NCBI GenBank assembly: GCA_964493245.1 | Contig: CAZBNB010000011.1 | Location: 1,124 to 65,123 of the forward strand | Source of the DNA: an uncultured Legionellaceae bacterium | Lineage (GTDB): Bacteria; Pseudomonadota; Gammaproteobacteria; Legionellales; Legionellaceae | Direction of reading: 5' to 3' | Length of the DNA: 64,000 nt | Part shown: positions 35,357 to 43,899 of the stretch, piece by piece | Layout of the letters: every line of letters starts with the position of its first letter | How positions within the stretch are numbered: position 1 is the first letter of the stretch | Program-made: the position numbers and the translations under genes | Notes under the pieces: generated by a model | The model's input: only the letters and a program-made list of their open reading frames with translations | What the model was told of the DNA's origin: nothing | The model's database searches: none

Positions 35357-35617
35357 ATGAGACGAATAACTCAATTGTTGGCTTGTATTGTGTTTGCATC
35401 TGTCACAACAAATGTCATGGCATACGCGACATGTGGCCCTCATACTTGTCATTGCTCGGTGTCGATTAACGGTGACTGTGGCAGTTCCGACGACTCCTCT
35501 TCCTACTGCAGCACAATCAAGGGGGTTACTCAATCCTGCCAAGCGTTTTGTTTGAAACTTGGAGCTAATTGTACTGCTACTATTAAGACACTTCAGACTG
35601 ATGGAAATCTTGAGTAA
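35357..35617 (+). CDS. Small secreted Cys-rich protein (8 Cys), paralog of 29777-30028
   Basis: GAGGAGA RBS 6 nt before the ATG at 35357. Signal peptide MRRITQLLACIVFASVTTNVMAYA, then TCGPHTCHC..NGDCGSSDDSSSYC..SC..FC..LGANC... Confidence 0.6.
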   Translation: MRRITQLLACIVFASVTTNVMAYATCGPHTCHCSVSINGDCGSSDDSSSYCSTIKGVTQSCQAFCLKLGANCTATIKTLQTDGNLE

Positions 35618-35624
35618 TCAGTTT

Positions 35625-35657
35625 GTAAATGTTCGGTCAACTGGCTTGAACATTTAC
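35625..35657. terminator. 10-bp-stem hairpin between the convergent Cys-rich gene and trkH (bidirectional terminator candidate)
   Basis: gtaaatgttc / gaacatttac arms with a 13-nt loop. The arms resemble B-family MITE termini. Confidence 0.5.
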
Positions 35658-35697
35658 CATCCGTTTGAATGTGTGTAGCTCACAGTGAAGCAGGGCA

Positions 35698-37149
35698 TTA
35701 TTTTTGCCAAAATTGCCGTGTAAACAGAATGAGAATAGAAAATATTTCTAATCGCCCAGCCAACATAGCAAAAATCAGCGTCCATTTACTTTGAGCGTCT
35801 AACGTTGCAAATGGCACGGTTAGGTTGCCAAGACTAGAGCCTGCGTTGGCTAGGCCTGCTGTGATGGCAACAAACGCAGTATCAAAGTCGTGACCGAAAG
35901 ACATAAATAATAGCAGTAAAACGATATATAACGCGATAAAAGCGGATATAAAGCCCCACATCGACTGCAAAATCGAGTCTGATAATGAGCGCTTGCCCAG
36001 TTTGATTGGAATAATGGCTTGCGGATGTAATAGGCGAATCAGTTCTCGTTTGCTTTGTTTGTAGATAATCAGTGCTCGCAAGATTTTAATACCACCACTT
36101 GTGGACGCAGCACATCCACCAATCAGCATGAGAAACACAATCAGTACAGGCATAAAGTTTGGCCAAGACGGTGCTAAATCCAGCTCAAAACCGGTGGTGG
36201 TTGCATAAGATATAATGAGAAAAAGACTGGTCATGAACGTGTGAGGACTGAAACTGAATAATTGATGTTTCATCAGAGCCATCATCATGATCAAACTGGT
36301 TATCCCAAGTAATCCTAGATAATATCGAAACTCCTCATCTTGAAAGTAATGTCTAATACTATGCCGTTTTAACGCCACAAAATGTAATGCAAAATTCGTG
36401 CCACCCAATAGCATGAATAAAGAGGCTGTCAACAAAATGGCATCACTGTGATAATAAGCAAAACTATTGGGATGCATGGAAAAACCACCGGTGGAGACGG
36501 TACCAAAGCTTTCTCCCAATGCATCGAACCAATTCATGCCTAACCACCAATAACTCAAAGCACAACACAATGTTAGAATGACATAAATCGACCATAATGC
36601 TTTTGCCGTTTGTGCAATGCGTGGTGTCAGTTTTGTATCTTTCATCGGGCCAGGTGTTTCCATTCGATATAGTTGCATGCCGCCGACGCCTAATAAAGGT
36701 AAAATCGCGACAGCCAAGACGACAATCCCAATACCTCCCATAAATTGCAGCTGCTGGCGATAAAACAGCAGTGCACGTGGCATGGTATCGAGTTCAGTCA
36801 AGGTACTGGCGCCGGTCGTTGTTAAACCGGACACGGTCTCAAATAGCGCGTCGGTTACAGAGTGGGTGTCACCCAATGTGAGTAAAAATGGCAAAGACCC
36901 AAAAAGACATAAAATGAACCAAAATAAAACCACAATCAGAAATCCATCTCGATTTTTTAGTTCCGCTTGATGCTGTCGCGTCAAAACCCAAAGCAATGTC
37001 CCAAAACCCGACGTTAAAGTAAACGATATTAAGAAAGGAGAAAAAACATGCTCCTGATAACAAAAACAAATGATAATCGGGGTGAGCATGCTTGGACTAA
37101 ATAAAAGAAGAATCAGTCCAATTAGCCGAAAGATGGTTTTATATTGCAT
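35698..37149 (-). CDS. trkH: Trk-type potassium uptake protein, membrane subunit
   Basis: 483-aa polytopic protein with repeated pore-loop motifs (GLTTTGAST, STGGF, TTTGF, STSGGIK) typical of TrkH. Adjacent to trkA. Confidence 0.9.
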   Translation of the reverse strand: MQYKTIFRLIGLILLLFSPSMLTPIIICFCYQEHVFSPFLISFTLTSGFGTLLWVLTRQHQAELKNRDGFLIVVLFWFILCLFGSLPFLLTLGDTHSVTDALFETVSGLTTTGASTLTELDTMPRALLFYRQQLQFMGGIGIVVLAVAILPLLGVGGMQLYRMETPGPMKDTKLTPRIAQTAKALWSIYVILTLCCALSYWWLGMNWFDALGESFGTVSTGGFSMHPNSFAYYHSDAILLTASLFMLLGGTNFALHFVALKRHSIRHYFQDEEFRYYLGLLGITSLIMMMALMKHQLFSFSPHTFMTSLFLIISYATTTGFELDLAPSWPNFMPVLIVFLMLIGGCAASTSGGIKILRALIIYKQSKRELIRLLHPQAIIPIKLGKRSLSDSILQSMWGFISAFIALYIVLLLLFMSFGHDFDTAFVAITAGLANAGSSLGNLTVPFATLDAQSKWTLIFAMLAGRLEIFSILILFTRQFWQK

Positions 37150-37164
37150 GTGGGCCCCATAGGG

Positions 37165-38541
37165 TTAGCTCATAAACGTTAAGTTCACTTGAAACAGTGC
37201 CTCAACTTGTTTGACATAGCGTTTTTTTAATAACAATAAAATCACATGATCTTGATTTGCGAGAATTAAATCGGTTTCAGCGATATAAACATCATTTTGA
37301 CGTACCACAGCAGCCAATATGCAACCAGTCGGCAACGTGATTTCGGAGATACGTCGACCGATGACGCGAGAGGTTTCTTTATCACCGCTCAGTACCAACT
37401 CAATGGCTTCAACATCATCGTGTTGCAAGCGTGATACTTTGATCATGTTACCGCGACGGAGTTTTGTTAAAATAGAACCGATGGTAATTAATTGTGGTGA
37501 AATCGCATGATCAATCGAGCTTTCGTCGATGAGATCAACATAAGCATCTCGATTCACCAAGGCCATGGCATAACGAGCGCCCAAACGTTTAGCTTGTAGG
37601 CAACTCATGATATTCGCCTCATCATCGTTGGTCACGGCACAAAAGACATCGGTAAACTCAATATTTTCATTGACCAATAAATTTCTATCGGCGATATCAC
37701 CTTCCAAGACGGTGGTTTTATGTAAATGTGAGGCAAGTGTCAGGGCTGATTGCGGGTTGTGTTCAATCACTTTAATATGATACCGATTTTCGAGGGCCTC
37801 TGCTAAGCGTCTGCCAATATGCCCGCCACCTGCGATCATGAGGCGACGATTGGGCGCCACTTGTTTACCAAGCAATACCAATGTCGCTTCAATCGCATCG
37901 GATGAGGTAATAAATACCACGTCATCACCCAATTGAATGATTGAATCATCGACGAGTGGCTGTGCACTTTTATTGCGAAACAAAGCGACGATACTGGCTT
38001 GTGTGTCATGGATAATATGTTGTATGTTTTTGATCGTTTGATTGACCATCAGGTTGTTCGCGCTGGCTTGGACTGTGACCAGTAAAACGTGGCCATCAGC
38101 GAAATCATGGACCTCTGTTGCGCCTGGATAATCGATGAGGTTCACAATGTGCTCAGTGACCAGTTTTTCAGGACTAATGCACACATCGATGGGAATACAA
38201 TCGTTGGTAAAGAGCATGGGATAAGCATAGTAGTTTTCAGAGCGAATACGCGCGATTTTACTCGGGGTACGAAACAACGAGTACGCAATAAAACATCCCA
38301 TCATGTTAATTTCGTCACTGCTGGTGACCGCAATTAGCATATCAGCCTGTTGAATACCGGCTTCAATTAAGACATTGGGATGCGAGGCATTGCCTAACAC
38401 TGTCTGGATATCAAGACGATGTTGTAACTCGTATAAGCGTGTTTCATCAACATCGATTAAAGTAATATCATTGTCTTCGTTAACTAAATTTTTAGCCAGT
38501 GTGCCACCAACTTGTCCAGCACCTAAAATGATGATACGCAT
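37165..38541 (-). CDS. trkA: Trk system potassium uptake protein, NAD-binding peripheral subunit
   Basis: Two RCK/TrkA-N Rossmann units (IIILGAGQVGGTLA and MIAGGGHIGRRLA). 458 aa, as for TrkA. Confidence 0.9.
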   Translation of the reverse strand: MRIIILGAGQVGGTLAKNLVNEDNDITLIDVDETRLYELQHRLDIQTVLGNASHPNVLIEAGIQQADMLIAVTSSDEINMMGCFIAYSLFRTPSKIARIRSENYYAYPMLFTNDCIPIDVCISPEKLVTEHIVNLIDYPGATEVHDFADGHVLLVTVQASANNLMVNQTIKNIQHIIHDTQASIVALFRNKSAQPLVDDSIIQLGDDVVFITSSDAIEATLVLLGKQVAPNRRLMIAGGGHIGRRLAEALENRYHIKVIEHNPQSALTLASHLHKTTVLEGDIADRNLLVNENIEFTDVFCAVTNDDEANIMSCLQAKRLGARYAMALVNRDAYVDLIDESSIDHAISPQLITIGSILTKLRRGNMIKVSRLQHDDVEAIELVLSGDKETSRVIGRRISEITLPTGCILAAVVRQNDVYIAETDLILANQDHVILLLLKKRYVKQVEALFQVNLTFMS

Positions 38542-39368
38542 AGGCTCTCCGTGCCCTCATAAATAAATTCAGCAGGACCTGTCAGATAAATGTGACCCTG
38601 TTTATCGGGCCAAGTAACCGTGAGTTGTCCGCCTTGCATGTGCACTTGAGTGGGATTGGTTAACTGATAAAACAGATGACCAATAGCTGCCGCTGCCACC
38701 GCACCACTACCACACGCGTGTGTTTCGCCGCAATCACGCTCATAGACACGTAAATGAATCGTGTGGGTATTTTCAATTTGCATAAATCCGACGTTGGTTT
38801 GTTCGGGAAACAGAGGGTGCTCACTGATGGATTGTCCCAACAAGGCAACATCAACCGTGTTCAAATCCGGAACCACAATCACGGCATGTGGATTTCCCAC
38901 ATTAATGGCATGCACGGCTTCATTGTGATGGGTGAGCGGAATGTTGTAATGACGTGCCTCTTCTTTGGCTAGCAAGGGGATAGCGGTGGGTGCTAAGAGT
39001 GGTTTGCCTAAGTCGACAGTGACCGTTTGATCCTCATGCACTTGTAGCGTCATCTTTGCCGTCATAGTGGCAACTTGTATCGTGGTTTTGTCTATCAGCC
39101 CTTCTTTGAGTAAAAATCGGGCCAAGCAACGTGCGCCGTTACCGCATTGACCAACTTCGTGACCATTCGCATTAAAAATACGATAAAAAAAATCAACGTC
39201 AGGTGTGTTGCTGGACTCGACTAATAAACATTGATCAAAACCAATGCCTGTGTGTCGATGACTCCACGCTTGAATCAACGGAGGTGTTAGATTGATTTTT
39301 TGCCGAACACCATCAATCACCATAAAATCATTCCCAAGACTGTGCATCTTCGTGAAACGAATTCCCAT
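38523..39368 (-). CDS. dapF: Diaminopimelate epimerase
   Basis: N-terminal FTKMHSLGNDF and the two catalytic Cys contexts GQCGNGARC and ETHACGSGA. Confidence 0.9.
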   Translation of the reverse strand: MGIRFTKMHSLGNDFMVIDGVRQKINLTPPLIQAWSHRHTGIGFDQCLLVESSNTPDVDFFYRIFNANGHEVGQCGNGARCLARFLLKEGLIDKTTIQVATMTAKMTLQVHEDQTVTVDLGKPLLAPTAIPLLAKEEARHYNIPLTHHNEAVHAINVGNPHAVIVVPDLNTVDVALLGQSISEHPLFPEQTNVGFMQIENTHTIHLRVYERDCGETHACGSGAVAAAAIGHLFYQLTNPTQVHMQGGQLTVTWPDKQGHIYLTGPAEFIYEGTESLCVSSF

Positions 39369-39370
39369 GG

Positions 39371-39484
39371 TTATTTCACTCCCTGAGGTATTGGTTTGGG
39401 TGTCGGTTCAGGAAGATATAATGGTCCTCTTTGTCCACATGCTGTGAGCATACAGCATATCAATAACCAGCAGAGTTGTTTCAT
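39371..39484 (-). CDS. lptM: LPS-assembly lipoprotein LptM (YifL family), 37 aa
   Basis: Hand translation gives MKQLCWLLICCMLTACGQRGPLYLPEPTPKPIPQGVK. It has a lipobox LTAC and the conserved CGQ(K/R)GPLYLP motif. The position immediately upstream of dapF is conserved. Below the ORF-track cutoff. Confidence 0.7.
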   Translation of the reverse strand: MKQLCWLLICCMLTACGQRGPLYLPEPTPKPIPQGVK

Positions 39485-39608
39485 AGAATGAGGTCTTTTA
39501 TGGATTACACCAAGTTAATCACTTTACGCAGCGGCGTCTTTGTTTGCGATGTATTTCGACAATCTGCTAAAAATACTGTGCTGCGTAAGATGTGTGAGTT
39601 AACTACTT

Positions 39609-39783
39609 AACCCCAGTTCGGCGTTTTTATGCTTTTAAACCTTCGATAAATCAATGATTACTTCGTTAAACGCTCTAAAAAATGCTCACATTAGCGCTGC
39701 TAGTGCTGCGCTTTTTTAGAGCGTTTGCCTCGTACTCATTGATTTCTCTCGATTTAAAAGCATAAAAACTCCGAACTGGAGTT
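39609..39783. mobile_element. 175-bp MITE, family A (copy A4), same orientation as A2
   Basis: Near-identical to A2. Flanks are tactt (39604-39608) and (t)actt. This fits a 5-bp TSD if the right terminus lost one base. Confidence 0.8.
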
Positions 39784-39870
39784 ACTTAGAATATCGATCG
39801 TAAACACAAAAAACAAGTGGTGAGGCAACTCAAGCGGATGAGTAGCTTGAGTGCTCATACAGTAGATTGA

Positions 39871-40473
39871 TTAATTGCAGTTGTTGTTTTTTGGATCCGA
39901 TGTTACTTCGTTTTCTGAATCATTCGAAGTATCTTCTTTTATCCGAAGAGCATTTAATTCAGACAGATCCTCTAAAAAAATATTTATAACACGTCGTTGT
40001 GAAGATTGAACGCTATTAGAAATATAAGCTTGTGAAGATTGAACGCTATTAGAAACATAAGCATGTGAAGATTGAACGCTATTAGAAACATAAGCAAGGG
40101 AGCGCTCAATGATATTTTCTTTTGAGCAATCGCCACTCGTAATGATGTTTGATATGGTGTCGCCAATTGTCTTTGTCGATGACGCGAGTGCTTGACTTAA
40201 TCCGGTTGCTTTTTCTGTAATGAACGAGAGTACAGTGTTATCTAACGGAGTATGTAAATGTTCTTTTAATAATCCTTGTATCCTGTCATGAAGCGTTTTT
40301 ATGTTTTTTTTCCATAACATTAATGAATATTGTTTGGTATCAGAAACGTATTGCGTTACTTGCTGCGTTATTTGTTTACGTAATTCATCGATATTGTTTA
40401 CATAAGGTTTCACACGCTCAATAATATCATTACTAAATTCAATAATTAGTTTTTGGATCATTTCTGAAGACAT
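39871..40473 (-). CDS. Hypothetical soluble protein with three 11-aa tandem repeats and an acidic C-terminus (secretion-substrate candidate)
   Basis: 200-aa ORF with no signal peptide or TM. Repeats AYVSNSVQSSH/AYVSNSVQSSQ/AYISNSVQSSQ. The C-terminal 25 aa are rich in E/D/S/N (KEDTSNDSENEVTSDPKNNNCN). Confidence 0.6.
   Translation of the reverse strand: MSSEMIQKLIIEFSNDIIERVKPYVNNIDELRKQITQQVTQYVSDTKQYSLMLWKKNIKTLHDRIQGLLKEHLHTPLDNTVLSFITEKATGLSQALASSTKTIGDTISNIITSGDCSKENIIERSLAYVSNSVQSSHAYVSNSVQSSQAYISNSVQSSQRRVINIFLEDLSELNALRIKEDTSNDSENEVTSDPKNNNCN
39998..40096. repeat. Three tandem 33-bp repeats inside the CDS
   Basis: tgtgaagattgaacgctattagaaa(t/c)ataagc(t/a) at 39998-40030, 40031-40063 and 40064-40096. 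The copies differ at only 2 positions. Confidence 0.95.
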
Positions 40474-40577
40474 TGATATCTCTGGTTAGTTTTTTAACGA
40501 GGGCGGATTCTATTTGAAAAAGGAGAAATGATCAATATAAGTGCTAGATTTCTATTTTTTAGCATCGAACCAGACTT

Positions 40578-40736
40578 GGGTCTGTTGACATTTGGGGGCG
40601 CGAGTCAAAAATCAAGATAATTTGCGCAAATTTTAACTTGAGTGAGGCGAATAGCCAGCCAATTTGAACGAGTTTAAGCTGAAATTCGTTCAAATTGGCT
40701 TTATTTTAATCCTCTCCACCAATTGTCAACAGACCC
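40578..40736. repeat. Palindromic MITE-like element, family E (copy E1)
   Basis: Termini gggtctgttgaca / tgtcaacagaccc. Shares the internal gggggcgcgagtcaaaaa(t/c)caagataattt segment with E2 (59544-59639, opposite orientation). Confidence 0.8.
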
Positions 40737-40775
40737 TTGCTATCATAAGGCGGTTTAGGGATAATTTCCCCCAAT

Positions 40776-41456
40776 TTGATAACCTGTGGAGATGCTTTGA
40801 GCTCGCATATTCAAGACCCTCATCAACCAGCAAAAGCATGTATTATTTGGTTGCATGGATTAGGTGCTAACGCGGCTGATTTAATGGGGGTAAAAACGAT
40901 TTTTTCTGCTAATACACCGGTACGGCATGTGTTTATGAATGCACCCGTGCGGCCAGTGACGTTAAACAATCACATGCCCATGCAAGCTTGGTATGATATT
41001 ACCGGTTTGAAAGCCAGTGATCGCGAAGACAGAGCGGGTATCTTGCAGTCTGAAAAGCACATTCTTGACGAAATCGCACAACAACAAGCGGCTGGCTTCA
41101 CACCCGAGCAAATTTATTTATTTGGTTTTTCTCAAGGTGGTGCTATGGCACTGGTGGTGGGGTTAAGAGCGACGCTGCCATTGGGTGGGGTTGCTGCTTT
41201 ATCGGCTTATTTACCCATGCGTGCTGAGTGCGAGCCTATTTATGTCCCTAACACCCCTATTTTTATGGCGGCAGGGGAGAATGACATGGTCGTTTTACCC
41301 GATTGGACCAGACAAAGCTATGAATGGATTGCAAAGCGGATGCCGCATGTTTTATGGAAGCAATATCCGATGGAGCATGTGATTAGTTATGATGAAATGA
41401 AAGACCTCTCACACTGGTTTGATGAGCAGGTTATGTTACGTGGAGAGAGGGGATGA
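40776..41456 (+). CDS. Phospholipase/carboxylesterase family alpha/beta hydrolase
   Basis: IIWLHGLGA oxyanion region, nucleophile elbow GFSQGG, later GENDMVV and MEHV (Asp/His). TTG start per the ORF track, uncertain. Confidence 0.8.
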   Translation: MITCGDALSSHIQDPHQPAKACIIWLHGLGANAADLMGVKTIFSANTPVRHVFMNAPVRPVTLNNHMPMQAWYDITGLKASDREDRAGILQSEKHILDEIAQQQAAGFTPEQIYLFGFSQGGAMALVVGLRATLPLGGVAALSAYLPMRAECEPIYVPNTPIFMAAGENDMVVLPDWTRQSYEWIAKRMPHVLWKQYPMEHVISYDEMKDLSHWFDEQVMLRGERG

Positions 41457-41899
41457 CTGAAGTTAAAAAATCACGAGTGACTGAATACTCATGCGCTCAA
41501 ATGTACGATTTGGTAAATGATGTTGAGCGATACGCTGAATTTTTACCTTATTTTTCTGCCGTAGAAGTTCACCATCGTGATGAGGATGAAATACAAGCGA
41601 CTGTGCATATTTCCGCAGCGGGGATGCAAAAATCATTTACAACTCGCAATCGATTACAGCCGAATAAAATGATAGAAATGCGCCTGGTAGAGGGGCCTTT
41701 TAGCCATTTAGAAGGCTTTTGGCGTTTTGATGAAGTTCCTGAAGGTTGTTTGATTTCATTTGATCTAGAGTTTGATTTTGCAGGGCGTATGTTTTCCATG
41801 CTTTTAGGTCCCGTATTCGAGCAAGTCACAGATAAAATGGTGGATGCGTTTTGCGATCGTGCTACAAAAATTTATGAGCGTGTGGCCAGTGGAAGTTGA
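41453..41899 (+). CDS. ratA: SRPBCC-family ribosome association toxin RatA / CoQ-binding Coq10-like protein
   Basis: 148 aa. Has the pattern ..YS..QMYDLV.DVERY.EFLP.. and lies directly upstream of rnfH and next to convergent bamE, as in enterobacterial ratA-rnfH/bamE loci. Confidence 0.85.
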   Translation: MTEVKKSRVTEYSCAQMYDLVNDVERYAEFLPYFSAVEVHHRDEDEIQATVHISAAGMQKSFTTRNRLQPNKMIEMRLVEGPFSHLEGFWRFDEVPEGCLISFDLEFDFAGRMFSMLLGPVFEQVTDKMVDAFCDRATKIYERVASGS

Positions 41900-42149
41900 G
41901 CTGGTTTACATGCCAACAGCGAATACAGTTATTCGTAAAAAGGTGGCATTTACTCCGGGCTTGACGGTTTTAGATGTGTTGAACCAAACAAAACTGACCA
42001 AAGATTATCCTGAAATATCTCAGTGTACGCTCGGTATTTTTTCTATCCCAGCGAGCCTGGAGACATCAGTACATCCAGGTGATCGCATCGAAATTTATCG
42101 CCCGCTACTGATTGACCCAAAAGAAAAGCGACGTCAACGCGTCAAATAG
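41874..42149 (+). CDS. rnfH: RnfH-family ubiquitin-like protein
   Basis: VEVELVYMP.. N-terminus and the C-terminal GDRIEIYRPLLIDPKEKRRQR signature of RnfH. ATG at 41874 preferred. Confidence 0.8.
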   Translation: MSVWPVEVELVYMPTANTVIRKKVAFTPGLTVLDVLNQTKLTKDYPEISQCTLGIFSIPASLETSVHPGDRIEIYRPLLIDPKEKRRQRVK

Positions 42150-42171
42150 GCTTATGCGGAGTGAAAATTTA

Positions 42172-42501
42172 TTAATGTGGTTTATCCATACGCTCAATAT
42201 TGATCAAATGATCATGCTTAAACGTTAAAATTAAATGGCGCCGTAACAACGGTCCATTGGCTTTGCGCCAGGTATAGGCATAGTCCCAACGATCGTTATT
42301 AAACAGTGGGCTGATAGAGCTCGTGCCCATGAGGATGGCCGCATCTGTTTTACTCATTCCTAACTTTAATCGATCAATACGTGGCTTAGATAAAATATTC
42401 CCTTGCTGTATGTATTTTTTAGAAAAATCATAACCAGCGCAGCCGGTGAATAGTACAGTCAAAGAAACAAGTGTTAACAGGAGTCGAATAGAAGGCTTCA
42501 T
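42172..42501 (-). CDS. bamE: Outer membrane protein assembly factor BamE (SmpA/OmlA lipoprotein)
   Basis: Lipobox LFTGC after the signal peptide MKPSIRLLLTLVSLTV, then the QQGN.L......L..GMSK..V...LG pattern. Confidence 0.85.
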   Translation of the reverse strand: MKPSIRLLLTLVSLTVLFTGCAGYDFSKKYIQQGNILSKPRIDRLKLGMSKTDAAILMGTSSISPLFNNDRWDYAYTWRKANGPLLRRHLILTFKHDHLINIERMDKPH

Positions 42502-42549
42502 AGTGAATTGATAAATAGACAAATTTGCCGCGTAGTATAGCATGGAGCT

Positions 42550-43254
42550 TTATAACAGCGCTATTAATTCACCTAAACTGTGTGATAAAGCGGATGTCAC
42601 TTCATTTATTGCTGTCGATGTTTTTAACAGCGCTTGATTAACTTCCATTTCAATGCCTAAATAATCTTTTTCGGCATAAGTGTGTCGCAATGTTTTGGTA
42701 TAACTGTCACTGTTGCCAGGAAAAGGATAATTGTAACGGATGCGATAAGAAGGGGTTTCTTGTAACAATAAGCCGTGCCAGATACGCGCGACCTCTTTTT
42801 CTCCATGACGTTTTGTGTCATATAATAAACCAATCCCGGCATTTTGCCGAAAGCCTCTTAGTATCGGCGAAAAAGTATGTATGGAAATATGTAAAACCTG
42901 TCGATTGGCTTCAATATGTTGGTCTATAAGCGCTTTTGTTTGTTGACGAAAAGGGGTGTAATATTGATCAATCAATGTTTGTTTTTCTGCCTCAGACAAT
43001 GTGTTTGAGTATTTAGAAAAACAGCGTTTGTTTGCTAGGCTGCGATTACAATCGATGAGTAATCTAGATACGCTGTTTTGTGTGAAATCACAATGTAGGA
43101 TTTGGCTAATTTGTTTGGTAATGTTCAGGGCGCCATGGTCCATGGCTTTTTTTTGCAGCCTCGAAGATAAGGGTTTTTGAAATAAATCACGGTATTTATC
43201 AGGAATAGTGTCGACTGCATGTTCACAACTCAAAACCAATACCGTTTGTTTCAT
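42550..43254 (-). CDS. N-formylglutamate amidohydrolase family protein
   Basis: N-terminal VLSCEHAVDTIP motif and later IHTF/HSF-type His characteristic of the FGase family (recognised by eye only). Confidence 0.65.
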   Translation of the reverse strand: MKQTVLVLSCEHAVDTIPDKYRDLFQKPLSSRLQKKAMDHGALNITKQISQILHCDFTQNSVSRLLIDCNRSLANKRCFSKYSNTLSEAEKQTLIDQYYTPFRQQTKALIDQHIEANRQVLHISIHTFSPILRGFRQNAGIGLLYDTKRHGEKEVARIWHGLLLQETPSYRIRYNYPFPGNSDSYTKTLRHTYAEKDYLGIEMEVNQALLKTSTAINEVTSALSHSLGELIALL

Positions 43255-43835
43255 TACGACCCCATGATTTCTAAATGTGAGACAACCCTTTTTACGCCAT
43301 GTACGCGATTGACACGTTTTAAAATGGCATCTATCGCCTGACTTGATTGTAGCTTGCCAGATAAATACACGACGCCATTTTTTGTCTTTGCGTTGATTCC
43401 GACTAAAGGAATCGCCTCATTATCGAATACTTTTGCTTCTAAAACCGCGGTCTCTACTTTTGCTGTAATGTATGCATCTGCAAAGGCTGAGTTGACGTGT
43501 TTAATTTCTAAGTCAGCCGTATTGACACCTTTCACGCCATTGGTTGATGTGGCAATGCGTAGCGTATCAACAAACGCTTGTTTGTTTTTCGCATAACCAC
43601 GGAGTGTGACAATACCATCATGTGTTGATACCGATATTTTCAGTGGATTTAAATTTTTATTTTTAGCAATCCTGGTTTTAACTTTAGTGGTAATCATGGT
43701 GTCGGTCAAGTTCTGCTCTATTGTGTGTAATTCACTGGCCCACACAATAGCAGGGTTCGCAATCATAAAAAAAACAAGTATGAGGCAAAAGGTATAGGAT
43801 GTAATAGATAGATACTGAGCAGGTGTTTTCATCAT
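43254..43835 (-). CDS. Periplasmic BON-domain protein (OsmY-like, two BON domains)
   Basis: Signal peptide plus two repeats of the form D..I...VK..........I.V....G.V.L.G.......A......V.GVK.V. Confidence 0.8.
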   Translation of the reverse strand: MMKTPAQYLSITSYTFCLILVFFMIANPAIVWASELHTIEQNLTDTMITTKVKTRIAKNKNLNPLKISVSTHDGIVTLRGYAKNKQAFVDTLRIATSTNGVKGVNTADLEIKHVNSAFADAYITAKVETAVLEAKVFDNEAIPLVGINAKTKNGVVYLSGKLQSSQAIDAILKRVNRVHGVKRVVSHLEIMGS

Positions 43836-43899
43836 CAGAAATGGTTAGAAATAGTTGGCAAATTGTAACATACTTAAAACATTTGATGACAGGTTTTAT

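Noticed and set aside
39497-39610. 35-aa ORF (MDYTKLITLRSGVFVCDVFRQSAKNTVLRKMCELTT) ending at MITE A4, considered as a gene truncated by the insertion
   Set aside because: Removing the MITE and one TSD copy in silico still gives an immediate in-frame TAG, so the insertion did not truncate a longer ORF. The peptide has no recognisable family.
40664-40870. 68-aa ORF starting inside repeat E1 and overlapping the esterase 5' end
   Set aside because: It starts within the palindromic element and is in a different frame from the conserved alpha/beta-hydrolase sequence. No support.
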